A stretch of 41,112 nt of DNA, taken from positions 1-41,112 of the forward strand of contig CAYODU010000003.1 in the NCBI GenBank assembly GCA_964402905.1, read 5' to 3'. A program made the position numbers and the translations under genes. Source of the DNA: an uncultured archaeon (GTDB taxonomy: Archaea; Iainarchaeota; Iainarchaeia; Iainarchaeales; JAAZKV01). Numbering within the stretch: position 1 is the first letter of the stretch; every line of letters begins with the position of its first letter. The notes beneath the pieces were generated by a model that saw only the letters and a program-made list of their open reading frames with translations, made no database searches and was not told the DNA's origin. Shown one piece after another: positions 15,370 through 25,508 of the stretch.

Positions 15370-16905
15370 ATGGATTTTACCGAGCTTCGTTTAAAGAAAA
15401 TCAGCGAGAGTTCTGTGGGAACGGTTTATGCTGGCTTGGCTTATAATTTTTATGAAGTAAAGCAAAATCCTCTTTCAAAAGATGAGGGACGCTTTGCAAT
15501 TTTTTTGGAGCGTTTAATACAACGAAAAGCCCCTTTTTCAGATTTAAAATCATTTAAAGAAATTCCTTCTTCTTTCGCTGATGATTTTAGAGAAGAAGTT
15601 GTTTCTATTGTGGAAATAAATGGCTTGCTTGAAAGAATTCCTCCAAAAAAAGTTTTTGTTGATTTAATAGAAGCAATGATTCGAATTATTTCAAAAATTT
15701 CTTTTATATCTGATAAATCCCTTTTTGCTGAAACAGTTCTCCATAATTCAGTGGGTCTAAAACAATTGTCTTTTTTTTCTCTTGATGATTCACTAGAAGA
15801 ACTCATGATTAATGCGCTTGATGATGTTTTTGTTTTTCACAGGGAACTGGGGGTATGTAAAACAGATTTGGTTTTGGATGAGAAAATTTTTGAAAACATT
15901 ATTCAAAGAGTTGCTTTTAGTGTGGGAAAAAAATTTAATGCAAATGAGCCTTTGCTTGATGCACGGCTTCCCGATGGGAGTAGAGTAAATGCAACTTTTA
16001 GTGAGGTTTCTCCAAAAGGGAGTTCTCTTACAATACGAAAATTCTCGCCAATTCCTCTAACGGTACTTGATTTGATTGAAAATAATACGATTTCAAGTGA
16101 AGCTGCAGCTTTTTTATGGGTGATGGTTGAGGGCTTTGGTTTGAATCCAAAAAATGTTCTTATTGTTGGGGGAACAGCTTCCGGAAAAACAACTTTTCTA
16201 AATATTTTATCAAATTTTATTCGTTTTAATGAAAGAATAATAACTATTGAGGATACTCTTGAAGTTTCTTTGCTTGATAGAAAGAATTGGGTTGCACTTG
16301 AAGCAAAGCATTCTATTGAAAATGAAGTTACAATGGATTCTTTGTTAAAAAATTCTTTGAGAATGCGTCCTGATAGAATAGTTGTTGGAGAAGTCAGGGG
16401 CAGTGAGGCTCTTACTCTCTTTACGGCTATGGATAACGGGCATTCAGGTTGTCTTGGAACAATCCATGCTAACAATGCAAGGGAAACAATCATAAAACTA
16501 CAGGAAAAACCTTTTTCTGTCCCAGAATCAATGCTCCCATTGGTTGATTTGATCGTTGTGATGCAGAGGATTTATTCAAAAGAAAATGGAATGCAGAGAA
16601 GAGTTGTTGAAATAACAGAGCTTTCAAGAATGGACAAAAAAGTTTTGCTTGCAAATGTTTTTGATTTTGATGAATCCAGCGGTGCTCTTAAGCGAACAGA
16701 TTTGCCAAGTCATGTAATTGAGGAGTTTGCTCAACAAAATTCTCTTTCAAAGAATGAAGTAAAAAAAGAAATTGAAACACGGCGACTTATACTTAAATGG
16801 CTAATTGAAAAGAATGTTAGAAAGCCCCTTGAAGTACTAGAATTTTTGCAGAGCTATTATTATGATCCCAAAAAAGTGTTGTCAATGATTTATGGTTCAG
16901 AGTGA
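15370..16905 (+). CDS. type IV filament / secretion ATPase (ArlI/FlaI-VirB11-GspE family), orphan paralogue
   Basis: Walker A GGTASGKTTFLN, ITIEDTLE, RMRPDRIVVGEVRGSEA, GHSGCLGTIHAN. It is a clear paralogue of the 32857..34527 product. Confidence 0.85.
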   Translation: MDFTELRLKKISESSVGTVYAGLAYNFYEVKQNPLSKDEGRFAIFLERLIQRKAPFSDLKSFKEIPSSFADDFREEVVSIVEINGLLERIPPKKVFVDLIEAMIRIISKISFISDKSLFAETVLHNSVGLKQLSFFSLDDSLEELMINALDDVFVFHRELGVCKTDLVLDEKIFENIIQRVAFSVGKKFNANEPLLDARLPDGSRVNATFSEVSPKGSSLTIRKFSPIPLTVLDLIENNTISSEAAAFLWVMVEGFGLNPKNVLIVGGTASGKTTFLNILSNFIRFNERIITIEDTLEVSLLDRKNWVALEAKHSIENEVTMDSLLKNSLRMRPDRIVVGEVRGSEALTLFTAMDNGHSGCLGTIHANNARETIIKLQEKPFSVPESMLPLVDLIVVMQRIYSKENGMQRRVVEITELSRMDKKVLLANVFDFDESSGALKRTDLPSHVIEEFAQQNSLSKNEVKKEIETRRLILKWLIEKNVRKPLEVLEFLQSYYYDPKKVLSMIYGSE

Positions 16906-16927
16906 AGTGCTGTAAATTAAAATTTTT

Positions 16928-17521
16928 TCATTTGAGATTTTTTTTAATTTCTTTTTCTAGATTTTTCAGCATCAATTGATTTTTCACAAACTTTTCGTTT
17001 GCTTTTTTTACAATGTATAATAAAAATTCATCGCTGATAATGGTTTTTTGTTTTTCTCTTATTGGAACATTAATGTTGTGGGTTCCAACCATCTCAATAA
17101 TAAATTTTCCTTCTTTTGCAGCCTTTATTCCAGCTCTTTTCATTCCTGCTTTTTCGCATACCACAAGTATTTTTTTTGCATTTAACAAATTATTTGTTCC
17201 TAAATGAAAAATAAGTGGTTCTTGTTTAAACCAAAGGGTATCTCCATTATACGATTCTATTCCTTCCTTTATTTCTGTAAAACTGACTTTTCTGTGCCAT
17301 TTCCTGTGAAAAGCACTTTCTTTTTTTGACTCGTTTTTGTCAAGCCCTACTAGTGTGATTCTCCCAGCACAACAACTACTTGTAAAATAGTCCTCTGTTT
17401 TGGCAATATAATCGCATATTGGAATAAATTCTTTATCCATTTTTCCTTCTTTTTTGGCTTTTTTATAGGTTTCAGTGTGATGCCTTTTTGTCATTGTGTA
17501 CCTGGATTCCTGTGCTTTCAT
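16928..17521 (-). CDS. TYW3/Taw3-like tRNA wyosine-derivative methyltransferase (tentative)
   Basis: YFTSSCCAGRITL resembles the TYW3 SSCSGRI motif, and the size of about 190 aa fits. Start is uncertain (17521 or 17494). Confidence 0.5.
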   Translation of the reverse strand: MKAQESRYTMTKRHHTETYKKAKKEGKMDKEFIPICDYIAKTEDYFTSSCCAGRITLVGLDKNESKKESAFHRKWHRKVSFTEIKEGIESYNGDTLWFKQEPLIFHLGTNNLLNAKKILVVCEKAGMKRAGIKAAKEGKFIIEMVGTHNINVPIREKQKTIISDEFLLYIVKKANEKFVKNQLMLKNLEKEIKKNLK

Positions 17522-17572
17522 AAAAAAACAACCTTTTTATTCTATTCTCAACTTAAATTAATTTGATTTGAT

Positions 17573-18370
17573 ATGTTTAAAAAAGTGCTCACGGTTTGCA
17601 TTGTTTTATTACTGGCTTTTACAGTAAGCGGGGCACGCCTAGTTGATCCGATTTCAAAGGATGTTTCAAGTAATGATTTTGTCGGGGCAATTGTTCCCGG
17701 AAGTACACTTGAACTAATTTTTTCAAAGGAACTGGGAAAGTATGATTCTTTAGAAGTACTAAATTCTCTTCCAAGCGGTTTTGAAATAAAAGTATCTGAT
17801 TATTTAGAAGCAATAAAAGTTTATGTGATTTCACAACCCAATGTAGCAACCGGTTCTTATTCACTTGACATAAAGCTTTTGGGAGAAAATAAAGATGAGA
17901 ATGTAGATGTTTATTTTAATGTGGAAAAAGATTTGTTGGATGTTTCTCTAAATAATTATTCCTCAGAAACAACAGTTAATGATAAAGCTGTTTACGAATT
18001 TTATCTTATAAATAATTCTGATGCTGATGTTGTTTTTACAATTCAACCACTTATCCCAAAATATTGGCTTGCAAAAAATGAATCGCCTTGTGAAGATTGT
18101 GTTTCGACAAAAACAAATATTATTGCGACAAAACAAAAAGTGACAAAATTTGTTCTTGAAGTATATCCAAAAATATCTGGAGAAAGAACATTTGATACAA
18201 TGATTTTCCTAGGAAATAATGATTCTAAAAAACAATTCACTTTGAATATCAAAACAAACCCTACATTTGGGGGTAAACTAAAATCAGTTTTTTATGGAGT
18301 TCCTTTTTATTCAATATCAATGCTTCCGAGTTATTATTTAACTGGTTTCTTTGGATTACTTTTTAATTAA
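17573..18370 (+). CDS. secreted / cell-surface protein with N-terminal signal peptide and C-terminal membrane anchor
   Basis: N-terminus MFKKVLTVCIVLLLAFTVSGA, a beta-rich middle region and a hydrophobic C-terminus (LPSYYLTGFFGLLF). Confidence 0.5.
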   Translation: MFKKVLTVCIVLLLAFTVSGARLVDPISKDVSSNDFVGAIVPGSTLELIFSKELGKYDSLEVLNSLPSGFEIKVSDYLEAIKVYVISQPNVATGSYSLDIKLLGENKDENVDVYFNVEKDLLDVSLNNYSSETTVNDKAVYEFYLINNSDADVVFTIQPLIPKYWLAKNESPCEDCVSTKTNIIATKQKVTKFVLEVYPKISGERTFDTMIFLGNNDSKKQFTLNIKTNPTFGGKLKSVFYGVPFYSISMLPSYYLTGFFGLLFN

Positions 18371-18389
18371 TTATTAACAGCTTTTTTTT

Positions 18390-19991
18390 ATGCCAAGAAA
18401 AGATTTTGTAGCCGATAAAAAGGATTTTGCTTATGCTAAAGCAATTTTATCTGAGATAAGAAACAAAACTATTTCTACTCCAAAGGAACTTGAATTAAAA
18501 AGATTTTACTGGTGCAAAAAATTCAAAATGAAAAAAATGCCCACGCACCCGTTTATTCTTGCTCAAGCAAAAAAGCCGTCAAAGAAAATGTTTGAATTAC
18601 TTTCAATAAAACCCACAAGAAGTATTTCTGGAGTGCAAGTAATTGCTGTTATGATGCCGCCTTTTCCATGCCCTGGAGAATGTACTTATTGTCCATCTTC
18701 TTTTGAGGGCAAAAGAGCTCCAAAATCATATACTGGTTTTGAACCAAGTACCCTAAGAGCACAGCGTCTTAATTATGAAGCAAAAAGAATTGTAGAAAAC
18801 AGAATAAATCAATTGGATTTAACCGGAAACAATGCAGAAAAGATAGAACTTATTTTTCAAGGAAGTTCTTTTACTGCGTTGAAAAAAAATTTACAGGAAA
18901 AAATTGTCAAAGATAGTATTGATGCAATAACACAAAAAGATTCTTCTTCTTTTATTGAATCAAAAAAGAATGCTGAGACTTCTGTGCGGAGAATAGTTGG
19001 AATAACTTTTGAGACGAGACCAGATTATTGTTCTAAAAGCGATGTAAAACAAATGCTTTTCTTAGGGGGAACAAGAGTAGAGCTAGGAGTTCAAAATCCA
19101 GATAATAAGATTTATTCTAAAATAAAGCGTGGGCACTTGGTGAGTGATGTCATTGATTCAACACAGTTGTTAAAGGACTCGGCCTTTAAAGTGCTTTATC
19201 ATTTAATGCCGGGGCTACCTTTTAGTAATTATAAAAAAGATTTGAAGAATTTCAAAAAAGTTTTTTCTGATTCGGATTTTAAACCAGATATGGTAAAATT
19301 TTATCCTTGTCTTGTGATAAAGGGTTCAGAACTTTATAACGATTGGGCTAGTGGAAATTTTGAACCCATGGAAGAAGAAAAAGCCGTTAAATTACTTGCT
19401 AATATAAAATCAGATTTGCCAAAGTGGGTTAGAGTGATGCGTGTGAACAGAGATATCCCAAGCAACATTATTTCTGCTGGGGTAAAAAAAACTAATTTGA
19501 GGCAATTAGTTACTAAAGAACTTGAGTTGCATGGGAAAAAATGTAATTGTATTCGCTGTAGGGAAATTGGTGTCAGCAGAATAAGGGATGGGAAAAATTT
19601 TAGTGAATCACAAACAAAACTCTTAACTGAATATTATAACGCAAGCGGTGGAGAAGAAGCATTTATTTCAGTTGAATCAAAAAAACATTTATATGGTTTT
19701 TTAAGATTAAGAAAACCGGCAAAACCTTTTATGAAACAGATTAATTCGCGCACAGCTCTTGTAAGAGAGCTTCATGTGTATGGGAAAGCACTTTCCCTTG
19801 GAAAAAAAGATGTAAGTGCCCCACAGCACACGGGTATGGGCAAAGAACTGATGCTTGAAGCAGAGCGCATAGCAAAGCAAAAGTTTGATGCAAATAAACT
19901 AGTTGTTATTTCTGGAATCGGGGTAAGAGAATATTACAGAAAAAATTTTGGTTTTGAAAATGATGGACCCTACGTATCAAAGCAAATCTAA
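18390..19991 (+). CDS. elp3: Elp3-type radical SAM / GNAT tRNA U34 modification enzyme
   Basis: Radical SAM cluster CPGECTYCP, a long Elp3-like core and a C-terminal acetyltransferase-like QHTGMGKELM. Confidence 0.85.
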   Translation: MPRKDFVADKKDFAYAKAILSEIRNKTISTPKELELKRFYWCKKFKMKKMPTHPFILAQAKKPSKKMFELLSIKPTRSISGVQVIAVMMPPFPCPGECTYCPSSFEGKRAPKSYTGFEPSTLRAQRLNYEAKRIVENRINQLDLTGNNAEKIELIFQGSSFTALKKNLQEKIVKDSIDAITQKDSSSFIESKKNAETSVRRIVGITFETRPDYCSKSDVKQMLFLGGTRVELGVQNPDNKIYSKIKRGHLVSDVIDSTQLLKDSAFKVLYHLMPGLPFSNYKKDLKNFKKVFSDSDFKPDMVKFYPCLVIKGSELYNDWASGNFEPMEEEKAVKLLANIKSDLPKWVRVMRVNRDIPSNIISAGVKKTNLRQLVTKELELHGKKCNCIRCREIGVSRIRDGKNFSESQTKLLTEYYNASGGEEAFISVESKKHLYGFLRLRKPAKPFMKQINSRTALVRELHVYGKALSLGKKDVSAPQHTGMGKELMLEAERIAKQKFDANKLVVISGIGVREYYRKNFGFENDGPYVSKQI

Positions 19992-20085
19992 CAAATAGTG
20001 TGCCTGCCAGCGTTTCCAAAAAGTTAAACATTAAGTTAGCGTATTATTAATTTATTTGTTTTTCATTTTAGTAATAGGTGTTTTG

Positions 20086-20445
20086 ATGTTTGAATTAATT
20101 TTGCTTGCAATAATAATTATTCTTGTAATTATCTTATTCATTGTTATTGCAAGGCTTTTTTCTCAGAGAGATGAACTGGCTTCTTTGCATTACTCAAAGC
20201 GTTCCCAGAGTGTTAAATATGGTCAGCTCACAGAACAATGGATTCCTTTTTCAGAGCAGTTCCCATATAACTCACAAAACTTTAGATTTATAGGAAAACC
20301 AATTGATGGCATTTCTTTTGAAGATGATAAAATTGTTTTTATTGAGTTTAAAACAAATACAAGTTCTTTAAGCGAGATTCAGAAAAAGATAAAACAACTT
20401 GTCGAAGAAAAGAAAGTAGAGTGGTTTGAGTTAAAAATTAAATAA
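20086..20445 (+). CDS. membrane-anchored endonuclease related to archaeal Holliday junction resolvase (COG4741-like)
   Basis: N-terminal TM helix, then GQLTEQWIPF..FPYN..NFRFIGKPIDGISFEDDKIVFIEFKT. The ATG at 20086 is preceded by AGGTG. Confidence 0.55.
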   Translation: MFELILLAIIIILVIILFIVIARLFSQRDELASLHYSKRSQSVKYGQLTEQWIPFSEQFPYNSQNFRFIGKPIDGISFEDDKIVFIEFKTNTSSLSEIQKKIKQLVEEKKVEWFELKIK

Positions 20446-20492
20446 ATTTAATTTTTTTTATTTCTTTGATTGTGCAGTTTAATCTTTTAGCA

Positions 20493-21524
20493 TCACTTTT
20501 TGTATCTTAGTATTGCGACTACCCCGCCCATATTGAAAATAGTTTTTTCTTGGGGGTTCTTTGATGAAATAATATTTACTTCACACCCAATTTTTTCAGA
20601 CAAAGACATGATCTCTTCGGTTTTATCTCTGTTTTGTAATAAAAAAGTCTCTGAAACAATTATTTTTTCGGCGTTTCCATTTGAAATACATTCTTTTACT
20701 TGTTCTAAACCATATTCGCCTTTTTCTTTTGCAAGTGCCATTAAGAATTCCTCTATTATATTAGACTCTTTTGATAGCTGAAGCTCTTTTTCAATGCTTT
20801 CAAGCTTTCCTTGAGAAATTATTTCTCTGAAACCGGTTTCTCCAATGGAGTTAGTACTTTCCAAAAATATCTTCGGGAATTTTGCAATTCTTTTTTCTTC
20901 AATAAACTTTTTGAAGTTTTCTTTTGTAAAACCTGGGCCAGCAACAATAATTTTATTTGGTTTAAGCAATATAATTTTTTTTAAAACATCATCAAAGTAA
21001 TTACTTTTTTCTTCTTCGTATCGTTTTCCTCTTTTTTTTGCATTGATTATTGCTTTTTTGTTTATTGAAAACTGTGTTACAAATGCGAGCTCTGCTTCTT
21101 CATCGTCCATAAGCACAACAAGAAGCTGTGATGTTGCGCTTTCTTTCTCTGCTTTTTTTAATCGTTCTATTTGCCATTTTTTTATTTGTTTTTTTGTTAT
21201 TTTTGCTTTTTGATTTATCTTAATGTCAATGCTCTGGTGACTCTTTAAATCTATTAACTCGGCAGGTTTCCCAGCTACAATTATTCCACTCACTTTAATG
21301 TTTTCACTGAATTCTTGAAAATGAACGCTTTCAACAGATATATCAACAAAAATTGTTTGTCGAATTGTTTTTTCTCCTTCTTTGCTCGGTTTGATTTTTC
21401 TGTCTGTACTCCCAGAAACAATATCGCCTTTTTCAATTATTTTTTCAAGGTGCCACAGATCTTCCGCAGTCTCTGCCAAAACGATAATGGAATTCATTTT
21501 ATAGTCAATTTTCACTATTTTCAT
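20493..21524 (-). CDS. pelA: Pelota (Dom34) ribosome-rescue factor
   Basis: 343 aa with an overall Pelota-like layout: MKIVK....I.L..E..EDLWHL N-terminus and a central/eRF1-like C-terminal region. Confidence 0.75.
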   Translation of the reverse strand: MKIVKIDYKMNSIIVLAETAEDLWHLEKIIEKGDIVSGSTDRKIKPSKEGEKTIRQTIFVDISVESVHFQEFSENIKVSGIIVAGKPAELIDLKSHQSIDIKINQKAKITKKQIKKWQIERLKKAEKESATSQLLVVLMDDEEAELAFVTQFSINKKAIINAKKRGKRYEEEKSNYFDDVLKKIILLKPNKIIVAGPGFTKENFKKFIEEKRIAKFPKIFLESTNSIGETGFREIISQGKLESIEKELQLSKESNIIEEFLMALAKEKGEYGLEQVKECISNGNAEKIIVSETFLLQNRDKTEEIMSLSEKIGCEVNIISSKNPQEKTIFNMGGVVAILRYKK

Positions 21525-21576
21525 GAAAAAATAGTTTTTGGAAATAGTTTTAAACTAATTTAACTTCAGTTATTTA

Positions 21577-22032
21577 ATGCAAAAGCGAAAAAATGGTAAG
21601 GGTTGTCATTTAATTAATGAAAAAGCATCTCCTACAAGTGCGGTTGCTTCTGTTGTTGAAGCAATTATTAAAGATAAAAATGGGAGAATACTTCTATTGA
21701 AGAGAAGCAAAGAAAACACCTTTTTTGTGGGAAAATGGCAGTTGCCGGGTGGAAAAGTTGATTTTGGAGAAAATGTTCAGCATGCAATAAAAAGAGAGAT
21801 TTTTGAGGAAACTGGGTGCATATGCTCAAATGCGCGTCTCAAAAAAGTTTATTCTTTTAGTGAAGAATTTAATGGTTTTTCCGGAACACTTTTTTTAATG
21901 GTTTTCAAAGCAGAGATTTCAGGAAAATTGTGTTTAAGCAAAGACCACATAGATTATAAATTTTTTAAAATTCAAGAAATAAAAAAATCAACTCTTACTC
22001 CTGTATCAAAAAAAGCTATTTTTGGAAAATAA
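21577..22032 (+). CDS. NUDIX hydrolase
   Basis: Nudix box GGKVDFGENVQHAIKREIFEETG. Confidence 0.85.
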   Translation: MQKRKNGKGCHLINEKASPTSAVASVVEAIIKDKNGRILLLKRSKENTFFVGKWQLPGGKVDFGENVQHAIKREIFEETGCICSNARLKKVYSFSEEFNGFSGTLFLMVFKAEISGKLCLSKDHIDYKFFKIQEIKKSTLTPVSKKAIFGK

Positions 22033-22115
22033 TTTATTCTCTAATTTTTTTATGTACAATTATTTTTTGTGTTTGTTTTTTTTGTTATTTTTGGATTATG
22101 GTATAGTTAATTTTT

Positions 22116-23864
22116 TTACTTATAATAATTTCCAGACTTTTTTTGTTCTCTGTCAAGAACAGAATTATATTTGTTTATCCTTGGACGCTTTGTATCTTTG
22201 TCTCTTCTCACCGTAATGTCAAGTTCTTTTAATAGTCTATTCATTCCTTCTTCAACACTAAACGGCCCCCTTGCTTCTCCTTTAACCGCGCTTTCTCCAC
22301 TAAAAACAGTTATTTTGTCGCTCACATAGTCAATGAAAGTCAAGTCGTGGTCAATTATTATTGCGGAACAATCTTTTACAGAAATGTGATTTCTTATTGT
22401 TTTTGCAACTGCGAGTCTTTGTTCTACATCAAGATATGCTGATGGTTCGTCAAGCAAATATAGATCCGCTTTTTTACTTAGACAGAGTGCGATTGATACT
22501 CTTTGTAATTCTCCTCCGGAAAGAGTCTTAGCTTTTTTTTCTAATAGGTTTTCGAGTTCAAGTGGTTTTATAACTGTGTTTTGTATTTCTTTAATTCCTG
22601 TTTCTTCGAAAAGTTCAATTACTTTTTTGTTTCCTGTGTAAGAAATATATTGGGGCTTATAAGAAATTTTTGCTCTTTGTGATAAAGTTGTGTTATCTGG
22701 TTTTATTTCTCCAGCAAGTATTTTCATAAAAGTGGTTTTTCCTATTCCGTTGGGGCCAACTATGCCTACAACATCATGTTTTGAAATTGATTTGCCTTCG
22801 ACTTCCAAGCTAAAAGAATCAAGTGCTTTCTCTATTTTTGGCCATTCGATTATTTTTTCTCTTTTTCCTTTTGAATCAATTCGCATGCTTGAAAAAAAAT
22901 CAATTTTGTATTCTCTGAATCTATAATTTTCTTCTTTTGAATAACCTTCAAGATAATCATTTATTCCTTCACGGGTTGTTTTTAACTGTGATACAAAACC
23001 AAATACCCTTGGTTTTCCATACATCAAGTTAACATAATCACTTAAGTAATCAAGAAGTATTAAGTCGTGTTCTACAACAATAACTTCTGCTTTCTCCGCT
23101 AGTTCTCTTATGAACTTGGCACACCTAAGTCTTTCTTTTATATCTAGAAAAGAAGTTGGTTCATCAAAAAAATAAAGGTCTGCTTTTTTTAATCCGGTTG
23201 CAGCGATTGCAACTTTTTGAAATTCTCCACCCGATAATTTATCTGCGTCTCTATCAATTATTTTTTCAATTCCAAGTTTTTTCACTATTTCATCAAGCCT
23301 ATTTCCAGAATCGATTTTTTCAAGTAATTCTCTTACAGTTCCTTTTGGTTTTATCGATTCGATGTTTTGTGGTTTAACTGCAATTTGTTTTTTTGAAGAG
23401 TAAAGTTCTTTAAAAAATTCTTGTGCTTCTTTTCCTTTATAATAATTAATAACTTTTTCTTTTTCTCCTTTTTTTTCACCAAAATTTGGAATTATTTCTC
23501 CCGAGAGAATTTTTAGTATTGTTGTTTTTCCTATTCCGTTTCTTCCAACAAGCCCAATAACACTTTTTTCTTTTGGTATAGCTAACCCGTGGAGACGAAA
23601 AGCATTTTGTCCAAAAGAATGTATTGGTTCGTCTAAATTAAAAGAAATATTAACTATGCTTATTGCGTTGAAAGGGCATCTATTTTGGCATATTTCGCAA
23701 CCAATGCACAATTCTTCAGAAATAATGGGTTTTTGTCCTTTTTCATTACTTATGCATTCCTTGCCGTTTCTGTTAACTGGACAGAGCTTTTTGCATAGGT
23801 AGCCCCCGCACTTCTCGAAATTACAGTTATTGTATTCTATTGTCGCAATCCTTTTTTTATTCAT
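22116..23864 (-). CDS. abce1: ABCE1 / RNase L inhibitor ribosome-recycling ATPase
   Basis: N-terminal Fe-S domain (C..KLCPVN.., CIGCEICQNRCPFNAI), followed by two ABC cassettes (GRNGIGKTT / LSGGEFQ; GPNGIGKTT / LSGGELQ). Confidence 0.9.
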   Translation of the reverse strand: MNKKRIATIEYNNCNFEKCGGYLCKKLCPVNRNGKECISNEKGQKPIISEELCIGCEICQNRCPFNAISIVNISFNLDEPIHSFGQNAFRLHGLAIPKEKSVIGLVGRNGIGKTTILKILSGEIIPNFGEKKGEKEKVINYYKGKEAQEFFKELYSSKKQIAVKPQNIESIKPKGTVRELLEKIDSGNRLDEIVKKLGIEKIIDRDADKLSGGEFQKVAIAATGLKKADLYFFDEPTSFLDIKERLRCAKFIRELAEKAEVIVVEHDLILLDYLSDYVNLMYGKPRVFGFVSQLKTTREGINDYLEGYSKEENYRFREYKIDFFSSMRIDSKGKREKIIEWPKIEKALDSFSLEVEGKSISKHDVVGIVGPNGIGKTTFMKILAGEIKPDNTTLSQRAKISYKPQYISYTGNKKVIELFEETGIKEIQNTVIKPLELENLLEKKAKTLSGGELQRVSIALCLSKKADLYLLDEPSAYLDVEQRLAVAKTIRNHISVKDCSAIIIDHDLTFIDYVSDKITVFSGESAVKGEARGPFSVEEGMNRLLKELDITVRRDKDTKRPRINKYNSVLDREQKKSGNYYK

Positions 23865-23912
23865 AAAACAAATGTTTTTGGAAAAGTATAAATAACCGCT
23901 TTATTGTCTCTT

Positions 23913-24329
23913 TTACGGATTTTCGATGTTTTTTCGCAGAGTTATTGTTTTACTGAAATCATTTTTGAAAACTATTTCGCCTTCATTCAAAATTATTGTT
24001 TTACAACTTATTTGGGCAAAAGCACTTTGATCCATAATTGATACTGTATAACTATTGGCGATGCAGTTTGTCTGTTCTGAGTTCATGTTTAATAGTATTT
24101 CATCAGAACTTTCATTAAGACATAATTGTATCTCTGTTTCTGTTGCACTCCAATCACAATTTTGTGTTATTTCTTCCATTAAAACAAAATAATTACTCAA
24201 AAATACTTTTGCTTCAGAGAATTGTTCTTTGTACGAAACATCTTGGCTTTGTTGATAAACGGATGCCATTAATACAATTACAACTACAAAAATACTTGCG
24301 GTTGCAAGCACGCTGATAAATCCTTTCAC
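23913..24329 (-). CDS. pilin-like protein (N-terminal hydrophobic helix), last gene of the minor-pilin string
   Basis: N-terminus MKGFISVLATASIFVVVIVLMAS. Its start overlaps the upstream stop by 4 nt. Confidence 0.5.
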   Translation of the reverse strand: MKGFISVLATASIFVVVIVLMASVYQQSQDVSYKEQFSEAKVFLSNYFVLMEEITQNCDWSATETEIQLCLNESSDEILLNMNSEQTNCIANSYTVSIMDQSAFAQISCKTIILNEGEIVFKNDFSKTITLRKNIENP

Positions 24330-24598
24330 TCAAATCCCTCGCATATATTTTCGTTTTCAAAAGTTCCATTTGTTGTAGAATATTTTGTTATTTCTTTGCA
24401 GAATTGGTTTGTAGAATTATTTGTTTGTATTGTTTCGCCAAAGTAAAGTGAGTTCATTCTATGTGCTTGATTTTCTATTAAAGGAATTTCATTGGATGAT
24501 TCTTGGTAACTACTAGTTGTAATTATTGCGAGGCTTGAAATTAAAATTGCTGTTACAAGTATTGCTTCTATTGAAAACATCATTCCTTTTTCTTTCAT
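24326..24598 (-). CDS. class III signal peptide (type IV pilin-like) protein
   Basis: MKEKG/MMFSIEAILVTAILI, a KG cleavage-type motif followed by a hydrophobic helix. It overlaps both neighbours. Confidence 0.6.
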   Translation of the reverse strand: MKEKGMMFSIEAILVTAILISSLAIITTSSYQESSNEIPLIENQAHRMNSLYFGETIQTNNSTNQFCKEITKYSTTNGTFENENICEGFE

Positions 24599-25077
24599 TT
24601 ACTCACCGCCAAAGAAACAGTTTCTTTTTGTATTCCGCATGGACCGTTCATGCACTCTTCAAGATTACTGAATGCAATGTCTGTATTACAAACCATCAAA
24701 TCAATTTCAACTGAGTAGGTATTTGTTCCGTTCAATTCATCATCAAGAACAAAAATATTTCCATTAATTTTTAGCTGTGCATTAATACCTTCTAGCCCAA
24801 GAAATTCTTTTAATTTTTCTTTTTCAACACCACTTATTTTTGTTTTGTCTATCGAATAAGCCAGATTGAAATCATTGTTAACCGAACAAGAGTACTGACT
24901 GTTTGTAAGTGCTATTGAACCGGCTTCGGCTTTTTCCATTAAACTTTCTTGTCCAAAAAAAGCATTGTTCTCATATGTTTTCATTTCGCTCATGCTAAGA
25001 ATTATTCCGAAAAAAATTATTACAATGGACATCGCAATAATAAAATCAATTGAAAATATTTGTCCTTTTCTATTCAT
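24595..25077 (-). CDS. class III signal peptide (type IV pilin-like) protein
   Basis: MNRKG/QIFSIDFIIAMSIVIIFF. Confidence 0.65.
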   Translation of the reverse strand: MNRKGQIFSIDFIIAMSIVIIFFGIILSMSEMKTYENNAFFGQESLMEKAEAGSIALTNSQYSCSVNNDFNLAYSIDKTKISGVEKEKLKEFLGLEGINAQLKINGNIFVLDDELNGTNTYSVEIDLMVCNTDIAFSNLEECMNGPCGIQKETVSLAVSK

Positions 25078-25468
25078 TTGTTACCACCAAATAATTATTT
25101 TTTATGCTTATTTTTTGTCCAATTGGTATTGATTCGACAAATTCTTTTTCTATTCCATTAGATTTGGCGCCAAAGATAATTTCTTTTTCATTAATTGTTA
25201 TTTCTGGAAAAAATGATTGTGAATTATAGTTTATTTGTTGTATTGGAATGGTTGCATTGTATTGTGTATCCATCATTGCTTGTGCTGCAACAATAAAAGC
25301 AGCTGTTTTCGCAGTGTTATTTTTTAATTGATTTTCAGCAAAAGCAATTTCCTGATTTGTATGCATGTTTAATGCCACTGCCCCAAAACTGCTAATTATG
25401 ATTATTACAATTATAAGAGTTATAAGCAAATCAATGCTTATTTGCCCGCATGAAAGTTTTGTTTTCAT
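25070..25468 (-). CDS. class III signal peptide (type IV pilin-like) protein
   Basis: Trimmed to ATG 25468: MKTKLSCG/QISIDLLITLIIVIIII. The longer track ORF would overlap the JAMM gene. Confidence 0.6.
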   Translation of the reverse strand: MKTKLSCGQISIDLLITLIIVIIIISSFGAVALNMHTNQEIAFAENQLKNNTAKTAAFIVAAQAMMDTQYNATIPIQQINYNSQSFFPEITINEKEIIFGAKSNGIEKEFVESIPIGQKISIKNNYLVVTNE

Positions 25469-25508
25469 TAAAGAGTTATGTTTCAGGGGCTTTTTAATTT
25501 TGCGTTCA

